The notes: generated from the letters alone by a model not told the origin. DNA of 45,163 nucleotides from Candidatus Aenigmatarchaeota archaeon (GCA_043814985.1 JBDRJK010000015.1:1-45163); one strand, 5' to 3'; shown: positions 9,412-20,393, counted from the stretch's first letter. Made by a program: numbers and translations.

Positions 9412-9991
9412 TTTTCTTACCCTTCTTTTTCTTTTCCTTTTTCTTCTCGACCTTGTACTTCTTGGGCTCTTCAGTCAACCATTTTATGTTCCCTAACAAC
9501 GGTTGCCTCATTGTCAAGCCTAATTTGCTTTGTTCCCTGAAGCTGATAGATATTATCTTTGCCCTGACTTGGTCGCCTTCCTTCAATATCTTTCTTGACT
9601 GCTTGCCAGCAAGCTGCGCGTTCTTCTCGTCGTAGCTGACAAAGTCGTCCATTACCTGCGAAACGTGAACTAGTCCATCCAAAGCGCCGCACCTGATGAA
9701 GGCCCCGAACTCGGTTATGTCAACAACCTCTCCTTCAACTACCTCATGCTCTCTGGGCATCCATGTAAGCAGCTTGAATCTTACGGGATACTGGACAGAG
9801 GGATCTCCTGGAAGTACCATGCCTTCCTTTACCTCGTCTATCTCCTTGACAGCCAGGACAACGCCTATTTCGTTGTCAATCTTGCCCTCGAACTTCTCTT
9901 CTATTGACTCCTTGACAGAATTCTTAATGTTAAGGCCCAGCTTGGTCGGCGGGACTGCTATCTCGTCCTCCACTGTTATTATTTGGTACAT
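9404..9991 (-). CDS. rpoE1: RNA polymerase subunit E' (Rpo7)
   Basis: EVVEGEVVDITEFGAF...DGLVHVSQVMDD...LGLTMRQPLLG. Confidence 0.97.
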   Translation of the reverse strand: MYQIITVEDEIAVPPTKLGLNIKNSVKESIEEKFEGKIDNEIGVVLAVKEIDEVKEGMVLPGDPSVQYPVRFKLLTWMPREHEVVEGEVVDITEFGAFIRCGALDGLVHVSQVMDDFVSYDEKNAQLAGKQSRKILKEGDQVRAKIISISFREQSKLGLTMRQPLLGNIKWLTEEPKKYKVEKKKEKKKKGKKNA

Positions 9992-10283
9992 TTTTCTTCC
10001 TCCCTATTTTGAATATTAGTGATATCAGGCACAAGACCAGATAAAAAACCATTATGTCAATTACAAAAACTATTGTATTAAAGTCCATAAAGCTTTCGGT
10101 CCCGGTGCCAAAGGTATAAATAAGGAAATTCAGCGGCCATCCAATCTCTATGGAGCAGTTGGTACTACAAATAACAGAGCTTGTCAGTATTGGCACAAAG
10201 CTGTAAGTCGCGATTAGGGCGAATATTATTATGATTCCCAGTATTTTCCCATTGCTCGGCATGAATGCACTTAACAGGCTCAT
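9930..10283 (-). CDS. Small membrane protein
   Basis: Two hydrophobic segments and a GWP motif; start coupled to the ppa-like stop; tail overlaps rpoE' by 62 nt. Confidence 0.6.
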   Translation of the reverse strand: MSLLSAFMPSNGKILGIIIIFALIATYSFVPILTSSVICSTNCSIEIGWPLNFLIYTFGTGTESFMDFNTIVFVIDIMVFYLVLCLISLIFKIGRKKNVPNNNSGGRDSSPADQAGP

Positions 10284-10777
10284 CTAATCAAACTCCTTTT
10301 GTAAAGTTCTATTGCACGTCGGACAGCTTTCTTTGCACGTTCTGAATCGTAAATGTTCTCCACTTTCAACTGTTTAAATTGCTCTAGAAACATTTTAAAA
10401 TTATCTAATGTCTCTTTATTTATAGTTGACAGGTCGGTTACGTTATCAAATTCTTTGTCCGCCAATGGGACAGCAACCAGTATGTCGTCTGGTATTTCAG
10501 CCCTAAGTCTTATTAGTCCTATGGGCTTTGATGGAACAACAGTGCCTTTCTGTATTTGGCCTGATGTCAATAGTAAAACATCCAATGGTTTGGCATCAAT
10601 ATGATGTGTCCTTGGGATGAAACCATAGCAACCTGGAAAGGGTGACTCTAAAATCTTGTTCAAGGTGAACAGCCCCATTTTCTTATTGTACTTGTAGTAA
10701 TTGGTTGAGCCTTTTGTAGACTCCACAAAAACATTTACCATGTACTTGTCACCAGGTTCTACTTTCGATATATCCAT
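10280..10777 (-). CDS. ppa: Family I soluble inorganic pyrophosphatase homolog with degenerate active site
   Basis: Fold motifs VFVE..KGS, YGFIPRT, PLDVLL and PIGLI retained, but DGDPLD reads DAKPLD and other catalytic residues are substituted. Confidence 0.85.
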   Translation of the reverse strand: MDISKVEPGDKYMVNVFVESTKGSTNYYKYNKKMGLFTLNKILESPFPGCYGFIPRTHHIDAKPLDVLLLTSGQIQKGTVVPSKPIGLIRLRAEIPDDILVAVPLADKEFDNVTDLSTINKETLDNFKMFLEQFKQLKVENIYDSERAKKAVRRAIELYKRSLIR

Positions 10778-10831
10778 AAAATCACAATTAAAAAAGAGGA
10801 TATTTATACTTTATTAGATGCCTTTAAATTT

Positions 10832-12799
10832 CTAGATTAAGGCGTACATTGCTATTAGCGGCGCGAACATTGAAGCTGTCAGTGACATTACAACCAACAG
10901 GGTGTTTATGGAAGGTCCTGCAGTGTCCTTGAACGGATCGCCTACTGTATCTCCAATAACAGCTGCCTTGTGAGCGGCGGAACCCTTGCCGCCGAACTTG
11001 CCGTCCTCTATGTACTTCTTGGCATTGTCCCACAGTCCGCCAGCGTTAGACATCAATAAAGCAAATACTAAACCTGATAAGATGCTTCCTATTAAGAAGC
11101 CTCCCAGTGCGCTCTTACCCAGTATGAACCCGACTGCTAATGGAGCAACTATTGCCAGGACACTCGGAAGAATTAATTCTCTCAAGGCTCCTCTTGTGGC
11201 AATGTCAACGCACCTCGCATAGTCTGGTCTGGCCTTTCCTTTTACCAAACCAGGTATTTCCTTGAACTGCCTTCTTATCTCCTCTATCATTCTGAATGCG
11301 TTCTTGCCAACGCCCAGAATCAAGAGAGCTGAAAACACTGGAGGCATTGCAATTCCAATCAAGGCCCCTGTCAAAATAATGGGATTCATCAAATCAATAG
11401 TGGTGATGCCAACAATTTCCCCATATGCCGCTAACAAAGCAATGACAGTCAAACCAGCTGCGCCAATTGCAAAGCCCTTTGTTATGGCTTTTGCAGTGTT
11501 GCCAGCTGCATCAAGCTTGTCAGCGATTCTTATGACCTTTTTACTCAGACCAGACTGCTCTGCTATTCCTTTTGCATTGTCAACTATTGGACCGTATGCA
11601 TCAGAGGAAACAATCATGCCGGTTATTGAAAGCATGCCAACTGCAGCCATGGCAATTCCGAACAAGCCAGCAAAGTAATATGCAATCATAGTTGCAATCC
11701 CTATTCCGATTAAAGGAGGCAAAATACTAATTGAGCCGTATGAGAAGCCTGTTAAAATGTTTATTGCTGCTCCTGTCTTTGATGCTTCCGCGGTTCTTAG
11801 AGCAGGTCCTCTGTCTATTGAAGTGTAATAGTCTGATGTTACTCCAATCACAACGCCTGCTACCAGTCCAGCAATTATGGCATAGAATATTCCAAAATCA
11901 ATTCCCAAGTAGTAAATAGTTATGAATGCGAATACTGCGAAAATCACGCATGTCATGTAGGTTCCACTGTTAAGTGTCTTTCCAGGATTCCCCCCCTTCC
12001 TCATTTTTACAAGGTATGTTCCAATGATAGAGGCGAAAATTCCTGCTGCTGAAATTATTAGAGGTAATATAGCTCCTGTCTCGTTCATTACAACTGCCCC
12101 AAGTATCATGGCAGCCACAACACTGGCAACATAGGAGTCGAATATGTCTGCTCCCATGCCAGCAACATCACCTACATTGTCTCCCACATTGTCAGCTATC
12201 ACGGCCGGGTTCCTTGGATCGTCCTCAGGAAAGTCCATCTCGACCTTTCCAACCAAGTCAGCTCCGATGTCGGCTGTCTTTGTGTAGATTCCACCGCCAG
12301 CCTTGGCAAACAAGGCAATCGAACTTGCGCCGAAGCTAAAACCTAGAACAACTCCAGGGTCAGGGAAAAAATAATATATAGCGCTTATTCCCATAAGAGC
12401 CAGACCAACAACAGCCAGACCCATGACAGCTCCTCCGCAGAATCCAACGGAAAAGGCCTTGTTCAAGCCCCTTTTTGCAGCGTTGGCAGTCCTGACATTC
12501 GCCTTTAGGGCAATGTCCATTCCCAACAAACCAGCCAAAGCAGAAGCAACAGAACCCACAACATAGGCTATTGATGTCTCAGCGTTGATGAAAAAGTATA
12601 ATATCACGGACAAGATGATGACAAAAACAGAAAGGGTCATGTACTCCCTTTTCAGGTAGGCCATTGCTCCCTCCCTTATTGCGTCAGATATCTCCTTCAT
12701 CTTGGGAGTTCCGACACTCTGTTTGTTAACATAGAAGTAGAAATACAATGCAGCTATTATTGAGACGATGCCTGATGCAAATGATATTTCAAGTAACAC
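10832..12799 (-). CDS. hppA: Membrane-integral H+-translocating pyrophosphatase, predicted K+-independent
   Basis: [46 protein letters not shown]; Lys in GNTAKA indicates the K+-independent type. Confidence 0.97.
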   Translation of the reverse strand: MLLEISFASGIVSIIAALYFYFYVNKQSVGTPKMKEISDAIREGAMAYLKREYMTLSVFVIILSVILYFFINAETSIAYVVGSVASALAGLLGMDIALKANVRTANAAKRGLNKAFSVGFCGGAVMGLAVVGLALMGISAIYYFFPDPGVVLGFSFGASSIALFAKAGGGIYTKTADIGADLVGKVEMDFPEDDPRNPAVIADNVGDNVGDVAGMGADIFDSYVASVVAAMILGAVVMNETGAILPLIISAAGIFASIIGTYLVKMRKGGNPGKTLNSGTYMTCVIFAVFAFITIYYLGIDFGIFYAIIAGLVAGVVIGVTSDYYTSIDRGPALRTAEASKTGAAINILTGFSYGSISILPPLIGIGIATMIAYYFAGLFGIAMAAVGMLSITGMIVSSDAYGPIVDNAKGIAEQSGLSKKVIRIADKLDAAGNTAKAITKGFAIGAAGLTVIALLAAYGEIVGITTIDLMNPIILTGALIGIAMPPVFSALLILGVGKNAFRMIEEIRRQFKEIPGLVKGKARPDYARCVDIATRGALRELILPSVLAIVAPLAVGFILGKSALGGFLIGSILSGLVFALLMSNAGGLWDNAKKYIEDGKFGGKGSAAHKAAVIGDTVGDPFKDTAGPSINTLLVVMSLTASMFAPLIAMYALI

Positions 12800-12800
12800 T

Positions 12801-13163
12801 TTAACCCTCTTTTACCACGTATTTCCTTTGTCTTATATAAACAATTTTTGCCCCGATTTTTTTCAGCTTCTTCTTGAGCTCCAAGTCCTGGGTTGCGACA
12901 GCGTATCCAGCTTTCGCGTGTTCCAAAAGGGACAAATCTGCTTCCTTTTCTTTGGATTTTAAAACTTTTAAGCCTTTTGTTCTGAGCATTACAAGGGATA
13001 ATTTGGCTGAAACTGAGTCTTTGTCATTTTTTCTGGATATTCTTTTCAATTCTTTTACAACAGCCTCATCTAAGAACAGCTCGTCTCCCTTCAGCTCTGA
13101 GAACAGGTCTATCTTGAACCTGATTACATCGACCAAAAAATTGGTGTCAAGCAGTATTTTCAT
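12801..13163 (-). CDS. PIN-domain protein (Fcf1/Utp24-like)
   Basis: ILLDTNFL...EL...AD...VATQD; usual position upstream of rpoE'. Confidence 0.9.
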   Translation of the reverse strand: MKILLDTNFLVDVIRFKIDLFSELKGDELFLDEAVVKELKRISRKNDKDSVSAKLSLVMLRTKGLKVLKSKEKEADLSLLEHAKAGYAVATQDLELKKKLKKIGAKIVYIRQRKYVVKEG

Positions 13164-13234
13164 ATTTTATAGATAATTTTCAAAATATAAATGTAGGTTA
13201 TTTTCATATAACACACATAATATCAACAGCTGGC

Positions 13235-14002
13235 TTATCTGTCAGAGCTTTTTTCGCAGGTCATATACATATAACTTAGCAGAAATACAAATTCCTTGAA
13301 ATTCTTCCTTCTTTTCCATCTTAATTCTAATTCTTTGGAAAGTATTTTTTTAAACCTAGTTTTCCAATAATTCATTTGCTTACTCATTATTCGAGACATG
13401 GGTGACCAGTATTGAATAATAGGAATTAGCAATTCGCTAATTTCATCCTCCCAACAATCATAACTTATCTTCTTTTCTTTGAAGAATTTCTCATGCTTTA
13501 TATAAAACTGATGCAAGAACTTATGCAAGAGTTCATGTGATACTAAATCAATGTAAGTTTTTTCTCTTTTATTTGGCAGGAGTTTATCCGGTATAAAAAT
13601 TGTTGTTTTACCTGTAGACCTAGCCCATGGTTGAAAATGACTGACATACACATAATATTTTTTATATTTTAGTTCATAACCAAAAATAATGTTCGCATAT
13701 TTTAAAAAATCATTTTCAACCAGTTTCCATCTTTCTTCTATTTTAACGGTTCTTTCTTCTATGACTTTTTTATTATACTTGTGTTTCAGGTAATTTTCAA
13801 TTAGGTTTATGCCTTTCTTTTTACTTGCTCTCACTACTTTGTCTTTCAGATTTTCAGGAAAAGTCCAGTCTAAGTATACGCCTTTTAGTTCTTTCTTATT
13901 CTTAAGCCAGGTTACTGTGTCATCAAGCATATTTTCTTTTATTATATTTTGTACAATTTTGCATTCTTTTTTGAAATCTATACAAAATATTAATTTTACC
14001 AT
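13235..14002 (-). CDS. Hypothetical protein with HExxH motif
   Basis: SHELLH; AT-rich and Lys-rich, unlike its neighbours. Confidence 0.65.
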   Translation of the reverse strand: MVKLIFCIDFKKECKIVQNIIKENMLDDTVTWLKNKKELKGVYLDWTFPENLKDKVVRASKKKGINLIENYLKHKYNKKVIEERTVKIEERWKLVENDFLKYANIIFGYELKYKKYYVYVSHFQPWARSTGKTTIFIPDKLLPNKREKTYIDLVSHELLHKFLHQFYIKHEKFFKEKKISYDCWEDEISELLIPIIQYWSPMSRIMSKQMNYWKTRFKKILSKELELRWKRRKNFKEFVFLLSYMYMTCEKSSDR

Positions 14003-14049
14003 ACATAGAATTTAGAATCTTATCATAAAAACATATCAAGATAAAAAAA

Positions 14050-14952
14050 TTAGACAGGTTTCTTGCTGTGTTCGTAAACAATGGCTGAGGAACTGGCCAG
14101 AATTATGATTGCTCCAACAAGCTGAATAGTTGTCAGCATTTCTCCGAAAAGCAGGAACGCTAGAGGCGCACCAGCAAGCGGGCCTATTGCTCTTAGAGAA
14201 GAAACAATCCATGGTCTGACTGTCTTCAAAGAGAAATACCATAATGTAAGCCCTATCACATTGAACAAGAGAACATAAGCCACAAGATACGTCCAACCTG
14301 TTTCAGAGATTAACTGCGCCTGTGGTGTTATAATTAGCATCAACGGCAGTAAAACCAGACCACCCACAAACTGTGCAATGCCGTTGGTGGTCATTGCCCC
14401 CACTTTCTTGGACAACCTCTTGGCATAGAAGTAGGAGCCTGCGAAGAATCCCATGGCTATTACTATGAGGATGTCTCCTATCTGCGATGCGCCGAACATG
14501 GAGAAGTTGCCCGATGTGGAAAGGAGAAGTGCTCCCAGAATGTTGGCTGTTAGCAGGATTACGTGTACTGGTTTTATTTTCTCTTTCTTGACGAACCAGC
14601 TGAAGAACAGGACAAAGTAGGGCTCCACTTTGGTAAGGAATATGGATTTTATGGCCGTGGTCATGCTGAGCCCGAAAACAAAGAACAGTTCACCTACTGT
14701 TGACCTTAAAAATAACAACTTGAGAAAGTCTGACCTGTTCTCGGAAATCTTTGCCAGTGTCGGCCTTTTCTTCCTCAGAATCAGAAGAATTATAATCAAT
14801 GTCCCACCTATTATGCTGCCAATACTGGCTGCAGCTATTGGAGACAATGCCTTTGTTGCACCACTCTTGAATATAGTGGCCATGCTTGAGAGTACTGGGG
14901 ATATTATTGCAGATAGAATGCCATAGTCCATAGACATTATTATAATTAACAT
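14050..14952 (-). CDS. EamA/DMT family transporter
   Basis: About 10 TM segments in two repeats; KEKI and LFGE motifs. Confidence 0.9.
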   Translation of the reverse strand: MLIIIMSMDYGILSAIISPVLSSMATIFKSGATKALSPIAAASIGSIIGGTLIIILLILRKKRPTLAKISENRSDFLKLLFLRSTVGELFFVFGLSMTTAIKSIFLTKVEPYFVLFFSWFVKKEKIKPVHVILLTANILGALLLSTSGNFSMFGASQIGDILIVIAMGFFAGSYFYAKRLSKKVGAMTTNGIAQFVGGLVLLPLMLIITPQAQLISETGWTYLVAYVLLFNVIGLTLWYFSLKTVRPWIVSSLRAIGPLAGAPLAFLLFGEMLTTIQLVGAIIILASSSAIVYEHSKKPV

Positions 14953-15072
14953 GTCAAATTAAAAATAGTTGACACAGTTCTAGACAATTCCTAATTAAAC
15001 TCCAAAGAAAGAGCTTTTTTATCCCTATTTAAAATTTTGTGTCATATACATTCTATACTTTCAAGTGGTGAC

Positions 15073-17955
15073 ATGATAACTAAAGATAAACTGATGATGG
15101 TAAGCTTTGTCTTGCTACTGAACTTTGTAACATTGGCTTCAGCAACGCCTACCTACTCTTTAAATTCGATAAATACTGTGACATCGGTCGAAGGCAACTA
15201 TACAACCCTTAGCGTTTTTTGGAACAGCATAGAACCGCTGTCAACCGCTATATTGTCTACGAATGAGACAGTTGTTTGGACCGAATACATAAAGCCCATC
15301 GAGTATACAGAGGAGCTGGTGCCCATACTCTACTACCACAGGATAATCGAAACGCCTGATGGCGAATATACGACAACATTGGAAAACTTCGTTGCCCATA
15401 TGGACTTTCTTTACAAGAACAATTACAACACAATAACTTTCGCTGAACTCGTCGAGCACATGAGCACTAGCACAAAACTGCCAGAGAAGTCGGTTGTCCT
15501 GACGTTTGACGACGGCTGGAAGGAGTTTTCTACAGTGGTTCTCCCAATTCTAAAGAGCCGCGGTTTTGTGGCAACATTCTTCATAATAACTAACGCCACA
15601 ATCTACTCTGATAGTGACTATCCGGGCTACATGAACATTGCTGATGTCCAGACTCTCTACAATGCTGGAATGGAGATAGCAGGACACGCTAAAACTCATC
15701 CTTTAGGTGGATTGCTAAACTCAAGCGTCGACCTCAATATCGAGATCAACCAAAGCACACAGGACATATGCGGATGGATAGGCGAGTGCCCCAAGTCCTT
15801 TGCCTATCCTGAAGGTGTTTACAATCAGACAATCATTGACTGGGTGCAGCAGAACGGTTATATCGGCGCTAGGGCAATCGAAAAGGACGGTGTTGAAGAG
15901 GGATGGACTGAGCCCAGGTTCGCGTGGCTACGTGCAGCAGGGAACGAGACCAACAAGTTCACAATAGGCTCGAACATAATAAACAACGAAACCAGTGGGG
16001 GATCAGGTATAAGCTTTGAGAGGCTTGTCAACTACACCAAGAGGAACGAGTTCGAGGACATGTATAGTGTTGATATTGATGCAGGCCTGAATGGCGGAAT
16101 CGTCATAGAGGATCAGTTTGAAATGGACAGCTATTCCAGTATAGCATTGCCGGATACTGGAGACAAGGTGTCTGTCGGTGTGCTGATACCTTCTGACGAT
16201 GACTATAACATAACGTTCAGAGTGCTCACAGGGGGATGGGACAACAATCCCAACAGCTATCAAGCGGAATCCAACGCATACAGCTACTACATAGACGGAG
16301 CTATGATTTCACATACTATTATGAAAGGGTATGTAAATGATACATACACCATATCTGGAGAGAACAGTACTTTTTGGGGGTATACATGGGGAACCCATCA
16401 AATATGGAACAGACACATTTCTGCAGGCTTCCATAACATAACTGTCGTTGCTTCAACTGACTGGAACATGTTGGACTATTTTACAATAGACTATTCAAAC
16501 AAGGTAATCAATGCTTCCAATTATTATAATTCTCCAAGGTTCCCCAGAACATACGAAGCATGGACCAACTTCACATGGAGGAACGATTCGGTTCCCATGG
16601 GAAATGTCGTAGGTTGGAAGGTCTATGCTAATGACACAACCGGCAGCGGTAACACTACTGATATATTCAGCTTTAATTTTATTCCTGTTAACAAGTCGTT
16701 CTCATGGAGCAACAACCAAACGCAGCTGGTCAATAACTATACGCCAGCAGGCTACAGCAACTTTAGCATCACATGGGGTGACAACTCAAGCTCGCTTAGC
16801 GGAGCCTACCTGGAAAACAACTTCACCGGTTCATCGGTAAACACAACGATGAACGGTACTTACCCGAACTATTACTATAACACAACACCTCTGGCAACCG
16901 GTACATACATGTACAGGTTCGTTGCCAATGACTTACAAGGCAATGAGAATGCAACCGATATCCAGTACTTCACCATCGGTATGGCGTCCAATCCTGTAAA
17001 TATTTACTTAAACGGGACACTGAACTCAAACAATAGTAATTATACTTATCCGGAAGCTGTGAACGCAACAGCAACATCATTAATCGGCGATGTTTACCTT
17101 TACAGAAACGGAACGCTTGTAGCAAACGGTACAATGCCTTCAGAAGAAGTATTGCTAGGCAACGGCACATATGAATACAAAGTCAATGCAACAGGCAATC
17201 AGAACTATTCTGACAACACATCAGGATCAACATACTATGCAATGGTTAACAAGGGAACATTGGACTTGTCTATTGACTTTAGCCCATCAAACACAATCAT
17301 AGTGGGGAACCAGATAACAATAACAGGCATAAGGAACAATATCGGGGATGATGATGTTAATTATTCACTGTGGCAAGGCAACAACTTATTGGCCAACGAA
17401 GAACCCTACCAGAAAGTTGAGCCATCACTTGGCCTTGGCACATACAATTACATTTTCAATGCTTCAGGAGGAGAAAACTGGACAGCCAACATAGCAGGAG
17501 TCTCTGGCATACTTACTGTTCAAGTTCCTGGTACAACAACAATCTATGGTGGTAGTGGTGGAGGGGGTGGATATACTCCCACATATACAAACGATGATGA
17601 GGACAACACAACCACAGAATCAACATCCACGACTGGTGACAGTGGTTCTGAAACTGTGACATCAGAAGATGATTGCGCAGAGGACTGGATATGCTCAAGC
17701 TGGTCTGACTGTATTAACGGAACGCAGATAAGAACATGTTATGATACAAACGATTGCGGCACTGTCTTCAATATAGACGAGGAAACACAGGAATGCGAAG
17801 AGCAACCTTCTATAATTACAGGAATGTTCACATTCCTTACAACGCCGACAGGCATTGGATTAATGGGATTCATGGCCTTAGTCGTTATATTTTTGATTTC
17901 TAGAACAAATGGAAAGTTGAAGCTTAACTTTCTCAAAAAACTTATTAAAAAATAG
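15073..17955 (+). CDS. Large surface-anchored polysaccharide deacetylase (NodB/CE4) protein
   Basis: Signal peptide; PILYYH, LTFDDG, HAKTH, FAYPEG; beta-rich stalk with many N-x-S/T sequons; Gly and Thr/Ser linkers; Cys module; C-terminal TM. ATG at 15073 follows GGTGA. Confidence 0.88.
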   Translation: MITKDKLMMVSFVLLLNFVTLASATPTYSLNSINTVTSVEGNYTTLSVFWNSIEPLSTAILSTNETVVWTEYIKPIEYTEELVPILYYHRIIETPDGEYTTTLENFVAHMDFLYKNNYNTITFAELVEHMSTSTKLPEKSVVLTFDDGWKEFSTVVLPILKSRGFVATFFIITNATIYSDSDYPGYMNIADVQTLYNAGMEIAGHAKTHPLGGLLNSSVDLNIEINQSTQDICGWIGECPKSFAYPEGVYNQTIIDWVQQNGYIGARAIEKDGVEEGWTEPRFAWLRAAGNETNKFTIGSNIINNETSGGSGISFERLVNYTKRNEFEDMYSVDIDAGLNGGIVIEDQFEMDSYSSIALPDTGDKVSVGVLIPSDDDYNITFRVLTGGWDNNPNSYQAESNAYSYYIDGAMISHTIMKGYVNDTYTISGENSTFWGYTWGTHQIWNRHISAGFHNITVVASTDWNMLDYFTIDYSNKVINASNYYNSPRFPRTYEAWTNFTWRNDSVPMGNVVGWKVYANDTTGSGNTTDIFSFNFIPVNKSFSWSNNQTQLVNNYTPAGYSNFSITWGDNSSSLSGAYLENNFTGSSVNTTMNGTYPNYYYNTTPLATGTYMYRFVANDLQGNENATDIQYFTIGMASNPVNIYLNGTLNSNNSNYTYPEAVNATATSLIGDVYLYRNGTLVANGTMPSEEVLLGNGTYEYKVNATGNQNYSDNTSGSTYYAMVNKGTLDLSIDFSPSNTIIVGNQITITGIRNNIGDDDVNYSLWQGNNLLANEEPYQKVEPSLGLGTYNYIFNASGGENWTANIAGVSGILTVQVPGTTTIYGGSGGGGGYTPTYTNDDEDNTTTESTSTTGDSGSETVTSEDDCAEDWICSSWSDCINGTQIRTCYDTNDCGTVFNIDEETQECEEQPSIITGMFTFLTTPTGIGLMGFMALVVIFLISRTNGKLKLNFLKKLIKK

Positions 17956-17964
17956 GGATAGGAA

Positions 17965-18846
17965 ATGAGAAAACTGATAATTGTCATTACAGTGCTAATT
18001 ATAATGGCAGTTATTTTTCTCTATCTTAGCCAAAGCAGCTCTGAAAGTAAATCAGTTAGTCTGGCTGGTTGGAGGTCTTCTGAATACGGATACCAGCAGG
18101 AGCAGGGACCAAATTACTGGATAGGTGTTGCGGACCAGATGTCCTCCAAGTTTACTAACTACAATCCCGCGGGCATATGGATATTGGGGGTTGAGGAAAA
18201 TGGTTCTTGCTATCTACAGTTCCCGAATGATGATGATTTTGACTACATCATTTTTTCAGAAGAGGACATCAATGAGAATTATCTTGACGCCTTTGATGAT
18301 GCCAACTTGAGCATCTGGCTGCAGGTCGAGCCTGCCAGTGCCAATGTGGAAACTCTAATAGATTTGGTGCTAAGCAGGTACAAGCATCATCCTTCTGTCA
18401 TAGGTTTTGGAGTGGATGTTGAGTGGCTGGAGAATGAAGAATTTTCCAAGGGCAGGCCTGTGACAAGCATGGAAGCTGAATCATGGCTTGACAAAATAAA
18501 ATCATATGATCCAGAATACAAGCTCTTCCTGAAGCACTGGGACATTGACAAGATGCCAAAGTCTTATCCTGATGACATTGTTTTCATATCAGACAGTCAA
18601 GAGTTTGACAGCTATGATGAAATGATGGAGGAATTCAAAGATTGGGGAGAGCATTTCTCAGATAATGAGGTCGGGTTCCAATACGGCTATGAGAGCGACA
18701 GAAAATTATGGGAGTCTTTTGACGATCCTGCATACCAAATAGGGAACGACTTGACAGATAATGTCCCGAACTGCAGAGGGCTTTACTGGGTTGATTTCAC
18801 TATAACTGATGTATTCCATATACCTAATGTTTCAAGAATTATATGA
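17965..18846 (+). CDS. Membrane-anchored acidic extracellular protein, possibly glycoside-hydrolase-like
   Basis: N-terminal TM; IGFGVDVEW resembles a DxE motif; function not established. Confidence 0.6.
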   Translation: MRKLIIVITVLIIMAVIFLYLSQSSSESKSVSLAGWRSSEYGYQQEQGPNYWIGVADQMSSKFTNYNPAGIWILGVEENGSCYLQFPNDDDFDYIIFSEEDINENYLDAFDDANLSIWLQVEPASANVETLIDLVLSRYKHHPSVIGFGVDVEWLENEEFSKGRPVTSMEAESWLDKIKSYDPEYKLFLKHWDIDKMPKSYPDDIVFISDSQEFDSYDEMMEEFKDWGEHFSDNEVGFQYGYESDRKLWESFDDPAYQIGNDLTDNVPNCRGLYWVDFTITDVFHIPNVSRII

Positions 18847-18887
18847 AGAGTTTAATAATTAAGAACTCTAAATTGTATTGTGATTAA

Positions 18888-19118
18888 ATGAATATTAGAA
18901 ATCACAAATTCAATGAACATCGAACTAGGTCATTGGTCAAATCATTTACTTATAGATTTTCTGTTGTTGTTTTAGATTTTACTTTTATATATTTGCTTAC
19001 TGAGAGATTAGATTTTGCAACTGGTTTTGTGATTATAAGTAATGTATATTCAACTATAGCATACTATTTTCATGAAAGAATTTGGGATAGGATAAGATGG
19101 GGAAAGAAAAGGAACTAA
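18888..19118 (+). CDS. DUF2061-like small membrane protein
   Basis: RSLVKSFTYR...YYFHERIWDRIRWG. Confidence 0.8.
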   Translation: MNIRNHKFNEHRTRSLVKSFTYRFSVVVLDFTFIYLLTERLDFATGFVIISNVYSTIAYYFHERIWDRIRWGKKRN

Positions 19119-19209
19119 TCAATTCATGAATACCATTTGATCTAAACATTCAGACTATCCGGATGTTTCACTAGGTTATTTTCATATATTATGACTGTAA
19201 ATAATTCTT

Positions 19210-19986
19210 ATGATTGATGTTCATTGCCACCTTGAGCAGAAGGATTATGACAATGATAGGAAAGAGCTAATAGACAAGTGTAGAAAGGAATTAAAGGCTG
19301 TTATAACTTCTTGCGCTCATCCAAGGGATTTTGAGCTTACAATGAGGTTGGTTGAGAACAACAAGAACTTTGTGTTCGCTTCATGTGGCATACATCCAGA
19401 ATATGTTAAAGAAATCACTGAGAAGCAAAAGGACGACTTTTTAGACCTTATAGTAAAAAACAAGGAGAAATTAGTCGCCATCGGAGAAACCGGGCTTGAT
19501 CACTGCTATATCAAAGAGGATGATTGGAGGGAAAAACAGAAGCAACTGTTCATCCAACTGATTGACCTGGCCAAAGAATTAAACAAGCCTTTAGTTATTC
19601 ACTCAAGGGATGTTTGGGAAGATACTCTGAAAGTTCTGGAAGACCAGGACGCTAAGAAAGTTATGATGCACATGTGGGGAAACAACCAGTTATTAGATAG
19701 AATAATAGAGAATGGCTGGTCCGTGTCAATGAACGCTATTGTCCTAAAAAGCAAGAAGCACAGGAAGATAGCAAGGGATATTCCTCTGGACAGGCTAATG
19801 CTGGAAACAGACGCTCCCTGGTTGGCTCCAAAGAGGCTTATGGAAGGCGTGGAAACAAGGAACGACCCATTAACCATCAAAACAGTTGCTGAAAAGATTG
19901 CTGAGATAAGGAAGGTCCCTTTTGAAGAAGTCTGGTCAAAATGCGGGGAGAATGCAATAAGGTTCTTTAGCCTGGACATAGGTTAA
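19210..19986 (+). CDS. tatD: TatD family hydrolase
   Basis: IDVHCHL, GIHP, AIGETGLD, VIHSR, LETDAP. Confidence 0.96.
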   Translation: MIDVHCHLEQKDYDNDRKELIDKCRKELKAVITSCAHPRDFELTMRLVENNKNFVFASCGIHPEYVKEITEKQKDDFLDLIVKNKEKLVAIGETGLDHCYIKEDDWREKQKQLFIQLIDLAKELNKPLVIHSRDVWEDTLKVLEDQDAKKVMMHMWGNNQLLDRIIENGWSVSMNAIVLKSKKHRKIARDIPLDRLMLETDAPWLAPKRLMEGVETRNDPLTIKTVAEKIAEIRKVPFEEVWSKCGENAIRFFSLDIG

Positions 19987-20024
19987 TTTTATTAAATCAA
20001 CCCTATAATATTTCTTTAGGTGTT

Positions 20025-20345
20025 TTGATGGTCTTGGTATTAGGTTTTGAACTGCCTGTAGCAGAATTTTTGCTGTTTTTGAACATTGCTATGTTGTTTT
20101 ATATCATTTTTTCAATGATTGAGCTTAGAGATTTAAGAAATTTGAGAAGAGACCTGACCTTGCAATTGGAAGAGGTTAGGTTTCTCCTGAAAAGCATAAG
20201 ATTTTCTCCTGTTATCAAGGGTTCGATTGAGCAGGAGGCTTCTTCTAAGAGGGACAGCTACAGCCAGCAAATGACACCTACTACTAAAATGCCAACTGTA
20301 TCGAAAAACCCTCCAACACCTAAATTGCCTGAAACTGAGGGTTAG
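20025..20345 (+). CDS. Hypothetical membrane protein
   Basis: N-terminal TM followed by a coiled region and a Pro/Thr tail. Confidence 0.55.
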   Translation: MMVLVLGFELPVAEFLLFLNIAMLFYIIFSMIELRDLRNLRRDLTLQLEEVRFLLKSIRFSPVIKGSIEQEASSKRDSYSQQMTPTTKMPTVSKNPPTPKLPETEG

Positions 20346-20393
20346 AAACTAATCGTATAAAAAGATTAGAAAAGTATAAGGGTAGGTGAGAAT

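Noticed and set aside
17547..17665. Gly and Thr/Ser/Asp low-complexity tract as a repeat element
   Set aside because: It is an ordinary in-frame linker of a surface protein.
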